Assembly: GCA_949358305.1 (NCBI GenBank)
Contig: OX442314.1
Location: 25,854,001 to 25,918,000 of the forward strand
DNA length: 64,000 bases
Reading direction: 5' to 3'
DNA from: Strigamia acuminata
Taxonomy: Eukaryota
Shown: positions 12,904-24,685 of the stretch, one piece after another
How the letters are laid out: each line of letters opens with the position of its first letter
How positions within the stretch are numbered: position 1 is the stretch's first letter
Position numbers and translations under genes: made by a program
The notes under the pieces: generated by a model
What the model was told of the DNA's origin: nothing
Seen by the model: only the letters and a program-made list of their open reading frames with translations
The model's database searches: none

Positions 12904-13500
12904 TTATAATTCCATCGAAAGATCGGAACCACCAATTGCCTCTTCAGCGCCTTCGTCATCATCATCGTCGTCAACGACATCCTCTATCCAACCCATCGTT
13001 CCCTCCATCGCCTTCCACCATTTTTCCTCTGCTTCTTCAAATGTTTTCTCAAATTCCTCCATCGTCGCCTTCACCATTTTCTTGAGTCTTTGTTCCGTCC
13101 TGTCTATCAACTCCTCAATTCTCTCCTCTAGTCCCTCCATCATTTTTTCGACCCTTTCCTCCGTCGCCGCCATTGCCGTCTCCTGGACCTTCGTCTGTCT
13201 TCGACCGAGCGACTGGAGAAAGAGAGAAAAGAACGAATAAATATAAAAAAAAAAATAAAAAAAAAAAAAAAAGGTCAAATAAAAAAGACAAAAGAGTAAA
13301 TATCGGAATGGGACACATACCCCCTTGATCTTCGTGGGATCATTAGTTTTTCGCTCGCGTGCATCATGCACGGAACTACTGGCGGCGCTCAGGTTTGGCG
13401 TGTGGCTCCACGCCTCCATGAAGTCGATGCGTTCCAAAAGGACGACGGGTGACAGGTGCGACTTTGTGGACGGCTTTTCTCCTCTCTTTCCTTTTTCCAT
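12904..13500 (-). CDS. Two-exon coiled-coil, acidic protein (paralogue B)
   Basis: Exons 13500-13321 and 13212-12904; the 108-nt phase-0 intron explains the F/Y/L run in ORF 12904..13590; junction KIKG/SLGRR mirrors paralogue A. Confidence 0.65.
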   Translation of the reverse strand: MEKGKRGEKPSTKSHLSPVVLLERIDFMEAWSHTPNLSAASSSVHDARERKTNDPTKIKGVCVPFRYLLFCLFYLTFFFFFYFFFYIYSFFSLFLQSLGRRQTKVQETAMAATEERVEKMMEGLEERIEELIDRTEQRLKKMVKATMEEFEKTFEEAEEKWWKAMEGTMGWIEDVVDDDDDDEGAEEAIGGSDLSMEL

Positions 13501-13666
13501 ATTTTCTTCGATGTGAAAAAAAAGATAAAAATTAAAATCGCAACAAAAAGAACCAAAACGTGGGACGTCGAATAAAACATCCGCGCACATATTGTTCGCG
13601 CAAGTCTACGCGCGTACATGTACGTGTTGGACGTGGTACATTTGATGCCTACCGCGGAACAATGCG

Positions 13667-13790
13667 AGAAAACACGAGAAAATACGAAGTTCTCGTATTT
13701 TCTCGGTTTTACTTCCATTTGGTTAATTCTTACCTTTGGTTTCAATACAATTTATCTTATTTCAGAAGTCTGCGAGACACATATAAAAAG

Positions 13791-13827
<37 letters not shown>

Positions 13828-14025
13828 TTTAATTCTAATTAAATGAGAAAAATCTTATATATAGGCTTAACCCGCCATGCAATAAGAAACAGACGAAAAA
13901 ATCTTCTTTTTATTCGTGTCTTGTAGTTTTCTGAAATGAGATAAATTGCATTGAAACGTAACATAAGAATTAATCAAATGAAAGCAAAACCGAGAAAAAA
14001 TGAGAATCTTGTATTTTCTCGTTGT
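13667..14025. repeat. Degenerate inverted repeat with arms of about 130 bp
   Basis: 13667-13800 is an imperfect reverse complement of about 13895-14025. Confidence 0.7.
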
Positions 14026-14557
14026 ACGACAAAGTCGGTTCGCGTTACACGAGTTTTTCAAAGTACCGTGGCCCTGGTACACGATACCGTCTCGGTTTTA
14101 AAACGGCACCGCGGTCCCGACGCTCACCTGCCGCAAAAAGCAATGCAGTCCAGGGCCGCGAACCGCGTGTAAAAACGCCAACTGACGAGTGTTTACCGGG
14201 AAAATGGTTAACTTACCTCTAATCGTTCCACTTGTTCGCGACACGGGGTCCACACTACTGATGGCGAGCGCGCGAGTGATTCGACGCGGCATCTGGCGAC
14301 AACCATGGAATCCCGCGCGTGATGCGACGTTGTTTGTTTATTTTTGTCTATTTTATTTATTTATTTGTTTATTTATATATTTATGTTTATTTGTTTATTC
14401 ATCTATTTGTTTCACGATGCTTTCAAATTTTTATTTTTTTGTAACTCCGATCACCAAGCGTCGTTATCGAAATCCGCCATACCTGACCGCTGATTCCGCG
14501 CCACGTGCTTCGCTGCTGAGCAAGTTGAAAGTATTTATGCCGTTTATCTATTTATCA

Positions 14558-14590
<33 letters not shown>

Positions 14591-14853
14591 CCAATCAACC
14601 AATTGACAACGACAACAATTGTTTCAACAATCCGACCATTCGTCCGCTTGTGTCTAAACGAGTGGAAGCGTGGAGAGGCGCGGAATTCGTCGCCATATTC
14701 TCGCTTGCCAGAAATGAAAAGAGAATAATTCGGTTTATCATTGTTTGATTGATCTGTGGTTTTATTCACCTTCCTTTCCTTTTCATTGATTGTGTTTTGC
14801 TGTTCAATTCTCGTTTGTATTTAATTTACGGTAATCTAATTTTTACATTTCAG

Positions 14854-15480
14854 ATGGAGAATGGAAAGAACGTCATCTGGGGTGAAGTGCGCCCGGGCAC
14901 GAGGTGAGAGTGGTTGGTCGATCGATTGGTTTTATTTATTCGACACATTTTATTTTATTTCATTTCATTTTTATTTTATTTTTAAGGGGCCCATCGCGAT
15001 TGTCATTTGGGAAAAAGAACGTGAATAATCCCATCATTTGGGGTGAAATGCGCCCGGGCACGAGGTGAGAGTGGTTGGTCGATCGATTGGTTTTATTTAT
15101 TTGACACTTTTTATTTTATTTTATTTTATTTTTATTTTATTTTTAAGGGGTTTGTCGCGATCGCCACCTTCGACGCATGGGTGGTCGGATATCCCAAGAT
15201 CCACCCGAAACTATGTGTTTCAATTCTGCACAACTTGCTACCAGTTTGGTGGTTGCAACCCATTCGTCACCAGTTACCAGTCACCAGTCACCCGCGACCG
15301 CCACCAGTTCGTCGCGCTATATCTACCTGTCCAGTTAGTTAATTAATTATTCTTTTTATCATTCTTTTTTTTTTTTTGTTTGTTTGTTTGTTTGTTTGAT
15401 ATATATATATATATATACATATATTTTTTTTTCCTCCTCTTAGTGGGACATCGTTATCGAACGTAGCGCCATCGGCGTAA
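14854..15480 (+). CDS. Four-exon protein of about 116 aa with duplicated IWGE[VM]RPGTRG motif
   Basis: Exons 14854-14903, 14987-15064, 15148-15333, 15444-15480; all introns GT-AG and phase 2; frame stays open to TAA; exon+intron tandem duplication visible. Confidence 0.55.
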
Positions 15481-15641
15481 TTTTTCATTTTTTATTGTAT
15501 TTTGTTTATTTGTAGTTTATAATTTAAATTAAAATTGAATTCGAGATAAGTGGCCACGATTGATTGGGTTTATTTGATCGCAAAAAAAAAAAATTTAATT
15601 CGAATGAATCTATCGGTGTTAAAAACGACACGACCGGTTTG

Positions 15642-16199
15642 TTAGCCGATTGGTGAACAATTTGCGAAACACGCGCGACACGTGGGGGCGTATTTCTCGG
15701 CACCCCCTATCACCACGACGTCTTCTTCGCCCGACGTCCGCTTCGTGAACGCGGCTTCCCCTCGACACCGGTAGCACGTTGCCTTCAGCTTCACGATGTG
15801 CTCTGATTTCGGGAGCAAATCGCAGACTTGACCGAACGGGTTCAACTTGAAATCCCCATCAAGGGCCGCGATTACCACAGTCTTTCCTTTCTCTGCCATT
15901 TCTTGACAGAATTGTACCAAGTCCTCGAAAAACTGGCCCTCGTCAATCCCGATAATCCCGAAATTTTCGGATTGTCTTCGGGCTTCCGCGAGGTTTTCGA
16001 CGGCGCGCGCCGCTCTCGATTTTCCGTCACGAGCGACGATTTCTCCGGGAATGTGGCGGTTGTCGATTTTGGGCTTCAATAACAACGCTTCTTCTCCTTC
16101 TAGGCGCCTCAAGAGTTCAGTTGTTTTCCCTGCAAACATCGGGCCCACTATTAACTGGATATTGCCTCGTGGTCGATCCTCGATGGCCGACGTCGACAT
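15642..16199 (-). CDS. tk1: Thymidine kinase, TK1/type II family, intronless, 185 aa
   Basis: P-loop GPMFAGKTTEL, IGIDEGQFF, AALDGDF, Zn ligands CYRC and CRAC, lasso VIGGAEKY. Confidence 0.95.
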   Translation of the reverse strand: MSTSAIEDRPRGNIQLIVGPMFAGKTTELLRRLEGEEALLLKPKIDNRHIPGEIVARDGKSRAARAVENLAEARRQSENFGIIGIDEGQFFEDLVQFCQEMAEKGKTVVIAALDGDFKLNPFGQVCDLLPKSEHIVKLKATCYRCRGEAAFTKRTSGEEDVVVIGGAEKYAPTCRACFANCSPIG

Positions 16200-17232
16200 C
16201 TCGTCTTGTTGCGTCTACCATCGAGGAAAAAGAGAAAGAATTTAAACGAATAAATGAAAAACGAAAAACTGACAAAATCGTGAGTCCGACTGCAAAACTA
16301 AAATTGGATAGAGATCGAGAACAAAATGGCGGTGATAGTGGTGTAACCACGGGGATTCCCGCCCGTGCTCGCGCATCGACCCGTTCTGGTTCATTTAGTT
16401 AGTTGGTCGGTCGGTTTAATTGACGAGTCGGTCAAATTGTTGGAGATTCTTCCCCTTTTTCTATTTTGAAAATTGACTAGGTTTGCTTACCGTGCAAACG
16501 AAACTCGATATAGCGAATGAACCAATGCGTACAAGTGCGCGAAGCAAAGCGCGGTATGGTAGGAAAGCTTTAGCCCGTCGCTCGCTGCAAAGACGCGAGA
16601 ATACGACGCGACACTCGGTGACACAAATTAGAAATTAAGAAAAAAAATAAATAAAGAAATAAAGAAATAAAAAAAAATAAAGAGAGGATTCTTTCCATTC
16701 TCTTCTTTACGTTTTCTCTTTTCCTCTCCATTTCTTTGCGCCCACCCGCGAGAGAAGCGCACATCAGTGCACCAACGCAAACGCGTCGCCTCTAATGGTA
16801 CGCGCGTTTGAGCGCGCCCTAATGCGTGATAATGAACGCAACGTGGTCGAGAGGGGCGACAATCAGAATTTAATAAAATGAATATTTTTTTTTTTTTTTT
16901 TTTCAGTTTGATTTGAGATTATTGAAATATTAAAATTTACAATTAAAATAGCACACAATTCCAGACGCAATCACAATTGCGAACAATGATGGATTCTGGG
17001 ATTAATTTAAAGTTTGCGTTAAATCGTAAATGCGCATGCGCAGATACCGCGCAGCGAGGTGCACAGGTATAATTTCCTCCGATGAATTTTACTTCGGATT
17101 TTACGGACAATTTCAATGTGGAAAATTTATTTATAGTCGTCAGTTATTTGGCAACAATATTATTACATTTTTAATCAGCATTTTAATCATAACTTTTGTC
17201 AGTTGTGTAGCTTATTTTTGATTTGTTATTGT

Positions 17233-17383
17233 GACTGACCAGAAGGCCAGTCTGAGACCGAGAGGGGCGTGCAAAAGGGACACCTATCGGCACTGGCGTC
17301 AGAAGAACTCGGGTACCGCGCCACTCGGTGGGTACTGTGCCGCTCGACCGAGCGACGACGGCCCCTCGCTCTGCTCTCGGTCT
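17233..17383 (-). ncRNA. snRNA-like cassette, class I, copy 1 (distal module missing)
   Basis: AGACCGAGAG/CTCTCGGTCT closing stem, degenerate UUCG-type hairpin, conserved upstream module. Confidence 0.45.
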
Positions 17384-18106
17384 GAAGGCTTTCGCAAAAT
17401 GCAGCGGAAGCGGTGATTAGAACTCGCGTCGACTCCGACGGGACGTCAACTCTGGAAGGTAAAATTAAAATATGAAACGGCAGATATTTTACGAAACTTA
17501 TGTTCCAGTCGGTTGCTACGAAGATAATCTCGTTAATCATTGGAATACGAACCGCGGAACCGGTTCCAAGATCCGAAATTTAAACTTTAATCGTCCGCTC
17601 GTTGTCGATCGCCAGGCACCTGTAAGTGATAAACGCGTCCTTTTCATTTTCTTGTCGCGTCTCGGGAGTTTGTGGATCTATAACCTGGCCTAATCTGACC
17701 TAATTCGAATCTGAGTTTGGATCTGAATTCTGCGTTTGCTTTATCGTTTCAACATTATGAGAGTTTCCTTTTATTAAACAATTACATTTTCAATTCTCGT
17801 TGGTAGTTAATTGCGCCCTGGTGCGTTGCCATAAACACCGGACACTTTGTGGACATATATCCACGTTGACGGACATCATTACCGACGCCCGCGCCAAAAG
17901 CCCGTGTCGCGCTCACCCCCATCGCATCACGTGCATTATCGCGCGTCGTAGATCGCGAGCAAAGACACACTCATGTCCATATGTTGCTGAGGACTTTGCT
18001 CACGGTCGCGCGTCGACGTCGAAACGTGTCGAAACAAGCCGAAAAATGCAGGCAACCACGCGCGCGTCATGGGGTTTAAATAAGCGAACGGATGTCGGTG
18101 CGGAAA

Positions 18107-18383
18107 CTTATTTTCGGGACGAGTCGTTAGGGCTGCTGTCGTCGCCGCTCAACGGCCCCAACTGCTCCCATTCGCCGGTAGACCGAGCGAGAACGGGTGC
18201 GTTCTATTTCCGATTCATTTATTTATTATTTTGACCGACCCGAAGGCCAGTCTGAGACCGAGAGGGGCGTGCAAATGTGACACATATAGGCACTGGCGCC
18301 AGAAGAACTCGGGTACCGCGCCACTCGGTGGGTACTGTGCCGCTCGACCGAGCGACGACGGCCCCTCGCTCTGCTCTCGGTCT
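18107..18383 (-). ncRNA. snRNA-like cassette, class I, copy 2
   Basis: Closing stem, UUCG hairpin at 18233, A-rich linker, distal hairpin and box at 18107. Confidence 0.5.
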
Positions 18384-19213
18384 GAAGGCTTTCGCAAAAT
18401 GCAGCGGACGCGGTGATTAGAACTCGCGTCGACTCCGACGGGACGTCAACTCTGGAAGGTAAAATTAAAATATGAAACGGCGGATATTTTACGAAACTTT
18501 TGTTCCAGTCGGTTGCTACGAAGATAATCTCGTTAATCATTGGAATACGAACCGCGGAACCGGTTCCAAGATCCGAAATTTAAACTTTAATCGTCCGCTC
18601 GTTGTCGATCGCCAGGCACCTGTAAGTGATAAACGCGTCCTTTTCATTTTCTTGTCGCGTCTCGGGAGTTTGTGGATCTATAACCTGGCCTAATCTGACC
18701 TAATTCGAATCTGAGTTTGGATCTGAATTCTGCGTTTGCTTTATCGTTTCAACATTATGAGAGTTTCCTTTTATTAAACAATTATATTTTTAATTCTACT
18801 TGCTATTTAACTGCGTCCCGGTGCGTTGCCATAAGCACCGGACACCTTCGGACATTTATCCACGTTGGTGAACATTATTATCGATGCCGGTGTCAAAAAT
18901 CCATGTCGCGCTTACATACATCGCACCTCGCATATTATCGCGCGTGGGAACGCGTTCACGCGTGTGCATGGCAAACAAAGACACGCTCATGCGAGCACAT
19001 TGTCGAGGACTTCGCTCACGATCGCGCACTGACACCAGAACGTGTTGCATCAAAATATTGAAATTTTCTACGACCAGATGCCGAATCTGTCATGTGCAAA
19101 GAGAGTGTGTGGAAACGAACGGACAAATAAATAAATAAATAGATAAACCAAGTGTTTTTCATAACTGTTTGTTTGTTTGTACCGGGCGGAACGTTGTGAT
19201 GTCGATGTGAGAG

Positions 19214-19376
19214 TTTATTTTGGAAGAATTTGTTGGGACTGTCGACGCTCGTCGGTGCCAACTGCCCCGGTTGACCAACGGCTGAACAATAGAGTGGTTG
19301 CGCAACCCGAATGCAGACTTTTGTGACCGAAACCCCCCGGATTTCCGCGAGGGCTCGAATCAGTCCCGGTTGGTCT
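19214..19376 (-). ncRNA. snRNA-like cassette, class II, copy g
   Basis: Box and hairpin at 19214-19268; 5' hairpin near 19331-19356; upstream motif at 19425-19439. Confidence 0.45.
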
Positions 19377-20145
19377 GAAGGTGTTAGTAGATCCATCGGA
19401 TGCAGTGACCGAAATTCGCGTCATTTACGATGGCGCGCCGTGCATCGCGTAATGGAATTTAAACCGTAGACCAGTTTAAGCGTTCACAATCTCATTTCAC
19501 GCGACATCTATCGTGATAATCTGATTAATGGTTGGGGTACACGGTGTGACGTAATTACTCAGAATCGTCACGTTAAAAAACAAAACGAAATGGGTGGACG
19601 GATGGGAATTTTTATTTCAGTCAGTTTTATTTACTCGCCTAAAAAAGAAAAAAAGAAAAAAAAAGAAAGAAAAAAAAAAGAAAAAAAAAAGGAAAAAGGA
19701 TAACAACGAATACGACGATTGGTCGAGTGGACGGAGATACCCGCCGCGTGGAACCGTGTGCCGAGAGGATGGAGACAGACAGCCGCCATGTTTCCGGATT
19801 ATGTCACTTGGTGTCGCTCTATGCATCGATAGTGATCACGCGCGGGACAGACGACGTCGTGTTTCCATCTTCCAAAAAGTGAGTAGTTGACCGTTCTACC
19901 GTCACATTTATCAGTCAATCGATCGACAAATTGAAAAAAAAAACAACCCTCGATTACCTCTACGCCTCTCTCGACAACGTATCAATTAACACGCGCGTGC
20001 AAACACGAACGCCTGCATTGGTTCGGTCGGGCACCGCTCGCTCGCTCATTTGACAGACTCGTGACTTGCAATTTTTTATTTTTTCTTAGCCGTTATTTTA
20101 TTTTCCTTTGCATTCGACTTTAATTTAATTTCTATGTTCCAGACG

Positions 20146-20423
20146 ATGAACAAAACCGAGAAAACCAACGACCACAACAACGACGGCGATGATGCAAGGT
20201 GAGAGATTCGACCGACCGGTTTCGATCGTTCGTTTATCCGTTTCTTCATTTCTTTATTTCTTTGTTTATTCAGTTGTCAGCCAATTGATCCGCCCCAGTC
20301 GCCATCGTGGCAGTGGACCGAACCCGGTCACATTCGACCCATCATGCGGGTTGCGCCATTCCAGCGCGCGACTCCGGAACCGATGTAATCCGGTCAAACG
20401 TCTCGTTTGATTTATTTATTCAT

Positions 20424-20454
<31 letters not shown>

Positions 20455-20561
20455 TTTTTTAAGCCATCCTCGCGGACGTTCCTTACTGTTTCTTCGCTTC
20501 GCGGGCGCCCAGTTGATGGGACCGGGACGTCCGATGCCGATGTGAGTTAATTCGATTCAAC

Positions 20562-20592
<31 letters not shown>

Positions 20593-20850
20593 GACCGATT
20601 GGTTGGTTTGATTCGAATTGATTTATTTATTTATATTTATTTTATTTTATTTTCTATTTTTCAAGTCAATCCCGCGGGCGCGCCAGGATGCTAGCGCGTT
20701 TCGCGGCCACCGAACCGACGTTGCCAGGGCGTCCGGCGTCGAGGTAATTAATTCGGTTCAACGTTTCAATTTGTCCGCTCGTCCATCAGTTTGTTCATTT
20801 AGTTTATTCAATTTGATCTCTTCCTCAGTGACCCACGACCAGGCGCGTAA
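20146..20850 (+). CDS. Five-exon protein of about 113 aa with two duplicated 26-aa RGR..RFA..PGRP exons
   Basis: Exons 20146-20198, 20274-20384, 20464-20541, 20666-20743, 20829-20850; all introns GT-AG and phase 2; internal exons 111/78/78 nt; AATAAA near 20923. Confidence 0.6.
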
Positions 20851-21213
20851 TCGGCGATGTGACGAGTCGATTTTGAATCTTTTTTTATTTTATTTTTTTA
20901 TTTTTCGTTTTTATTTTGTAAACAATAAAAACACTCAACTTTTATCATAGAATTTGAAAAGTTTGACAATTTCTTATTAAATTTTGAATTGGAGTGTGGG
21001 GGGAGCAATGGTCAAAACGTCGTTACGGGGAATCAGATGGAAATGTTAGCGATAAAGTCGTTCAAAGTCATAAAATCGGTGTCGATTTTTACGAGGCGTT
21101 GGGGACGGTTGGAACTCGAGTCAACCAATGGACACGTCGATGCCACTCCGTTGTAAAATGCCACACACAGACACACACGTGCACACGCGAACGGATGAGT
21201 GTCGATGTGGGAG

Positions 21214-21493
21214 CTTATTTTTGGGACGAGTCGTCGGGGTTGCCGCCGCCTTCGCCACCGCTCAACGAGCCCAACTGTCACTATTCGTCGGGATGGATGC
21301 GTTTTGTTCCCGACTTATTTATCTATTTATTAATTTTTTTCTTTTTTTTTGACCGGCCCGAAGGCCAGTCTGAGACCGAGAGGCAGGCGGGAGACGCGTA
21401 TCGCCGTTGGAACCAACAGCATCATAGAATGCAAAGAGTTAACCGCTGACCTCGAAAGGAAACTAGCAAACAAGCTGTACGATCGATTGGTCT
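21214..21493 (-). ncRNA. snRNA-like cassette, class I, copy 3
   Basis: UUCG hairpin at 21351-21370; largely unique internal segment; box at 21214. Confidence 0.5.
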
Positions 21494-22244
21494 AAAAATG
21501 CTCACAAAACCCATCGAGTGCAGTGATATAAACTCGCGTCGACTACGTTGGTGCAGCGTGTATTGCGAGATGAAATTTAAATCGTAAACCAATTGAGACG
21601 TTCACGATCTTGTTTCACGCAACATCTACCACGAAAATCTAATTAATGACTGGATCACATGACACAAAATTAATTCTACGACCGGGAAATCGATTTCTAT
21701 TTTTTAAAGACTTTTATTTAACTCGGCGCGAGATTCTACCTACAAACGATAAACGCATCCTTTTTATTTTCTTGTTGTCGTCTCGAGAGTCTGTGGATCT
21801 ACAACCTGGCCTAATCTGACCTAATTCAAATCTAAATTTGAATCTGAATTTTGCGTTTTCTTTATTGTTTCAACATTATAGGAGTTTCTTTTTGTTAAAC
21901 AGTTATATTTTTAATTCTTGTTGGTTGTTAATTGCGTCCTGGTGCGTTGCCATAAACACCAAACACTTCGCGGACATTCATCCACGTTGACGGACATCAT
22001 TACCGACGCCCGCGCCAAAAGCCCGTGTCGCGCTCACCCCCATCGCATCACGTGCATTATCGCGCGTCGTAACGCGCTCAAACGCGTAGATCGCGAGCAA
22101 AGACACACTCATGTCCATATGTTGCTGAGGACTTTGCTCACGGTCGCGCGTCGACGTCGAAACGTGTCGAAACGAGCCGAAAAATGCAGGCAACCACGCG
22201 CGCGTCATGGGGTTTAAATAAGTGAACGGATGTCGGTGCGGAAA

Positions 22245-22518
22245 CTTATTTTCGGGACGAGTCGTTAGGGCTGCTGTCGTCGCCGCTCAACGGCCCCAAC
22301 TGCTCCCATTCGCCGGTAGACCGAGCGAGAACGGGTGCGTTCTATTTCCGATTCATTTATTTATTATTTTGACCGACCCGAAGGCCAGTCTGAGACCGAG
22401 AGAGGTGTTTGTTTAGAAAGGACCCCCTATCGCCATACGCGAGAACCCGGCTACCACGCCGCTCGGCGGGTACTGCGCCGCTCGACCAAGCGGCGGGCCC
22501 GAGTTCCGCATTCGATCT
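22245..22518 (-). ncRNA. snRNA-like cassette, class I, copy 4
   Basis: UUCG hairpin at 22371; box at 22245; upstream motif at about 22568-22583. Confidence 0.5.
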
Positions 22519-22724
22519 GAAAGCGTTCGTGAAGCCCGTTGAACGTGTTCGGAGAGACTTCCGTCGACTATGACGGCGCCAGACCACCGGGAGATGGAAA
22601 TAAAATATGAAACGATTGGTTTTCTATAAAACTTTTATGGCAGTGAGTTGCGGCGAAGATAATTTAATTAATGATTGGAGCACGTGGCACAAAATTAATT
22701 CTACGATCGGGAAATGCATTTCTA

Positions 22725-23480
22725 TTTTTTAGACTTCTAAACCTTGTGTTTAGAAAGTCTAATAATGAAACGGCTCTGTCTGTCCGTCTTCGACGTCCGG
22801 TCACGTGACCTGTATGTAATGTTTCTACTTCCGGTACTTCCGGTTTGTGTAATATCCCAAAAAAATGAATTAAAAAATTAATCGGACGATTGGAAAGTAG
22901 ACTTTTCTGGTGCAGTTTTTGGTCTATTTTCCAATTATAAATATGAAATTGGCATTAAATATAGTTAAAAAGAAGAAAATGCTAAATTACGGCGAAATGT
23001 AATGGAAAACAGCGCCACTCGGCGGATCCCGTAAGCTATAATGGAGGCAGAAATCTTCGTCGCAAACTGAAAAATGTTGTTTTCTATCTCGAAATGAGGT
23101 TTATAAATTTTGAAATCAGTCTCATTCGACTGGAAATCCAAATCTGCACCTGCCTGTATCTTTTATTTTTCAATTTGGTCAAGAAAAAGTACCGTTACGA
23201 TCCACCGAAGTCGGCGACCGCGTGGCAAATTTGGTGGGAAATTTGAAAAAGACTGATTTTTAAAACTGAACAATTTTAATGATTAAATGAGGTTTCCTAC
23301 GTGTAATTTGGCGCTGAAAACGATGGCGTCATTAGTTTTTGGATCAAATATAGTTACAAAGGCGAAAAAAGCAATTTACGGCAAAATTTAAGTAAACCAG
23401 AGCGCCATCTGACGGAAGCCGTGACCGAAACGTAATGTAATGTACTTCGTAATGAAAATTGGACAAATGGAAGTGAAATC
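22725..23480 (+). mobile_element. Possible Helentron-associated (DINE-1/HINE-like) non-autonomous insertion
   Basis: T-run, then short inverted pair TAGACTTCTAAAC/GTTTAGAAAGTCTA, then GTCTGTCCGTC microsatellite; right boundary uncertain. Confidence 0.3.
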
Positions 23481-23572
23481 TGAAAAAAAGGGGTATCACG
23501 TTGAGATTCTCACTATTTGTTCATTTTTTCGTTTATTTTTTATTTTTTTATTTGTTTTCTTTCCTTTTCCAG

Positions 23573-23854
23573 TCGTCCGCCGCTTCCATCCCGCGTGCGC
23601 CGACGGGCAGGTTGAAGACGGTGGATCTTATAGTCCAAAGAGCGACGAAGGAGGAGGAACGAAAGAATGAAGGCAACAGAAACGTCCCCATGAGAGTCGA
23701 GATGCTTCCAGATGGAGACGTTCTTTTGTCGCATTCAGTGGTGAGCGCGTTAGTCCATGTGGGTGTGGTAAGAGTCACATCAGAAAAAGACGAAGGAGAC
23801 GGCGACGAGTCTCAGAAAGAGAATCGAGAGGCTGGCAAAGAAGACGCGGGATAA
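23573..23854 (+). pseudogene. Orphan terminal exon (acidic/charged), possibly a remnant related to the coiled-coil paralogues
   Basis: Acceptor TTCCAG|TCG as in paralogues A and B; open to stop with AATAAA; the upstream donor exon has an in-frame stop. Confidence 0.35.
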
Positions 23855-24056
23855 TAAAAAATTGACCGTGTATTTGTAATAATGATAACAATAACAATGA
23901 TTAATGTGGATTTTTTTTTGTTTGTTTTCTTTTTTATTAAAAAAAAAAAAAAAATTAAATAAATAGATAAATAATAAAAAGTAAAGAACAAATAAAAGCA
24001 AATGAAGAAGAGTTGGACAGTGCAAATTATGGGGAAAAAATAAAATTAAATAAAAA

Positions 24057-24605
24057 CTAATGTCCATTGACGCCACCTCCATCGTTTCCGGCGGGCGCTT
24101 GGTAATCGTGTGCCTCCGCCCAATGAGTGACGAGATCCCCGGGAGAGGGCGTCGCCGCACAAAACGGACAGCGTCGCCCGTTGAGTCGGTGCACTCGTTT
24201 CAACGCCTAAGAAGAAAGGGGAAAAAATAAAAATACGAATTAGTTAACTAGTGTGTGAGTGAAGAGGATAATCGGACACTCACCGATGCCAGACAGACGA
24301 GCTCGCGCGAGAAATTTTTCACGTCCTTGTGGATGTTGTGTCGCTGTCGCTGATGGCGAAAGACGTCGACGCAGAAGAATCCGTTCGGTCCTGAGGCACA
24401 TGGGGCGGGGGAGAAGAAGAAGAAGAAAAAAATTAAAATAAAATTAAAAAATATTTATGTATATAAAATAAATAAAAGATATAGAACAAAAGATATAAAA
24501 TAATAAGTAAATAAATAACCGTTTCTTACTATCGGGGTGTTTATCATCGCATAGAGCGCAGGAGTATGACCTGCCGCCACCCTCCTCTTGTGGTGCTTCC
24601 GCCAT
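24057..24605 (-). CDS. Three-exon protein of about 110 aa with two C2H2-type zinc fingers
   Basis: Exons 24605-24530, 24390-24284, 24206-24057 with compatible phases; YSCALC...FRHQRQRH and RCPFC...DLVTHWAEAH. Confidence 0.75.
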
Positions 24606-24647
24606 TTTCCTTTTGTTTGTGAGACGAGTAAACAACTGAAAGTAAAT

Positions 24648-24685
<38 letters not shown>

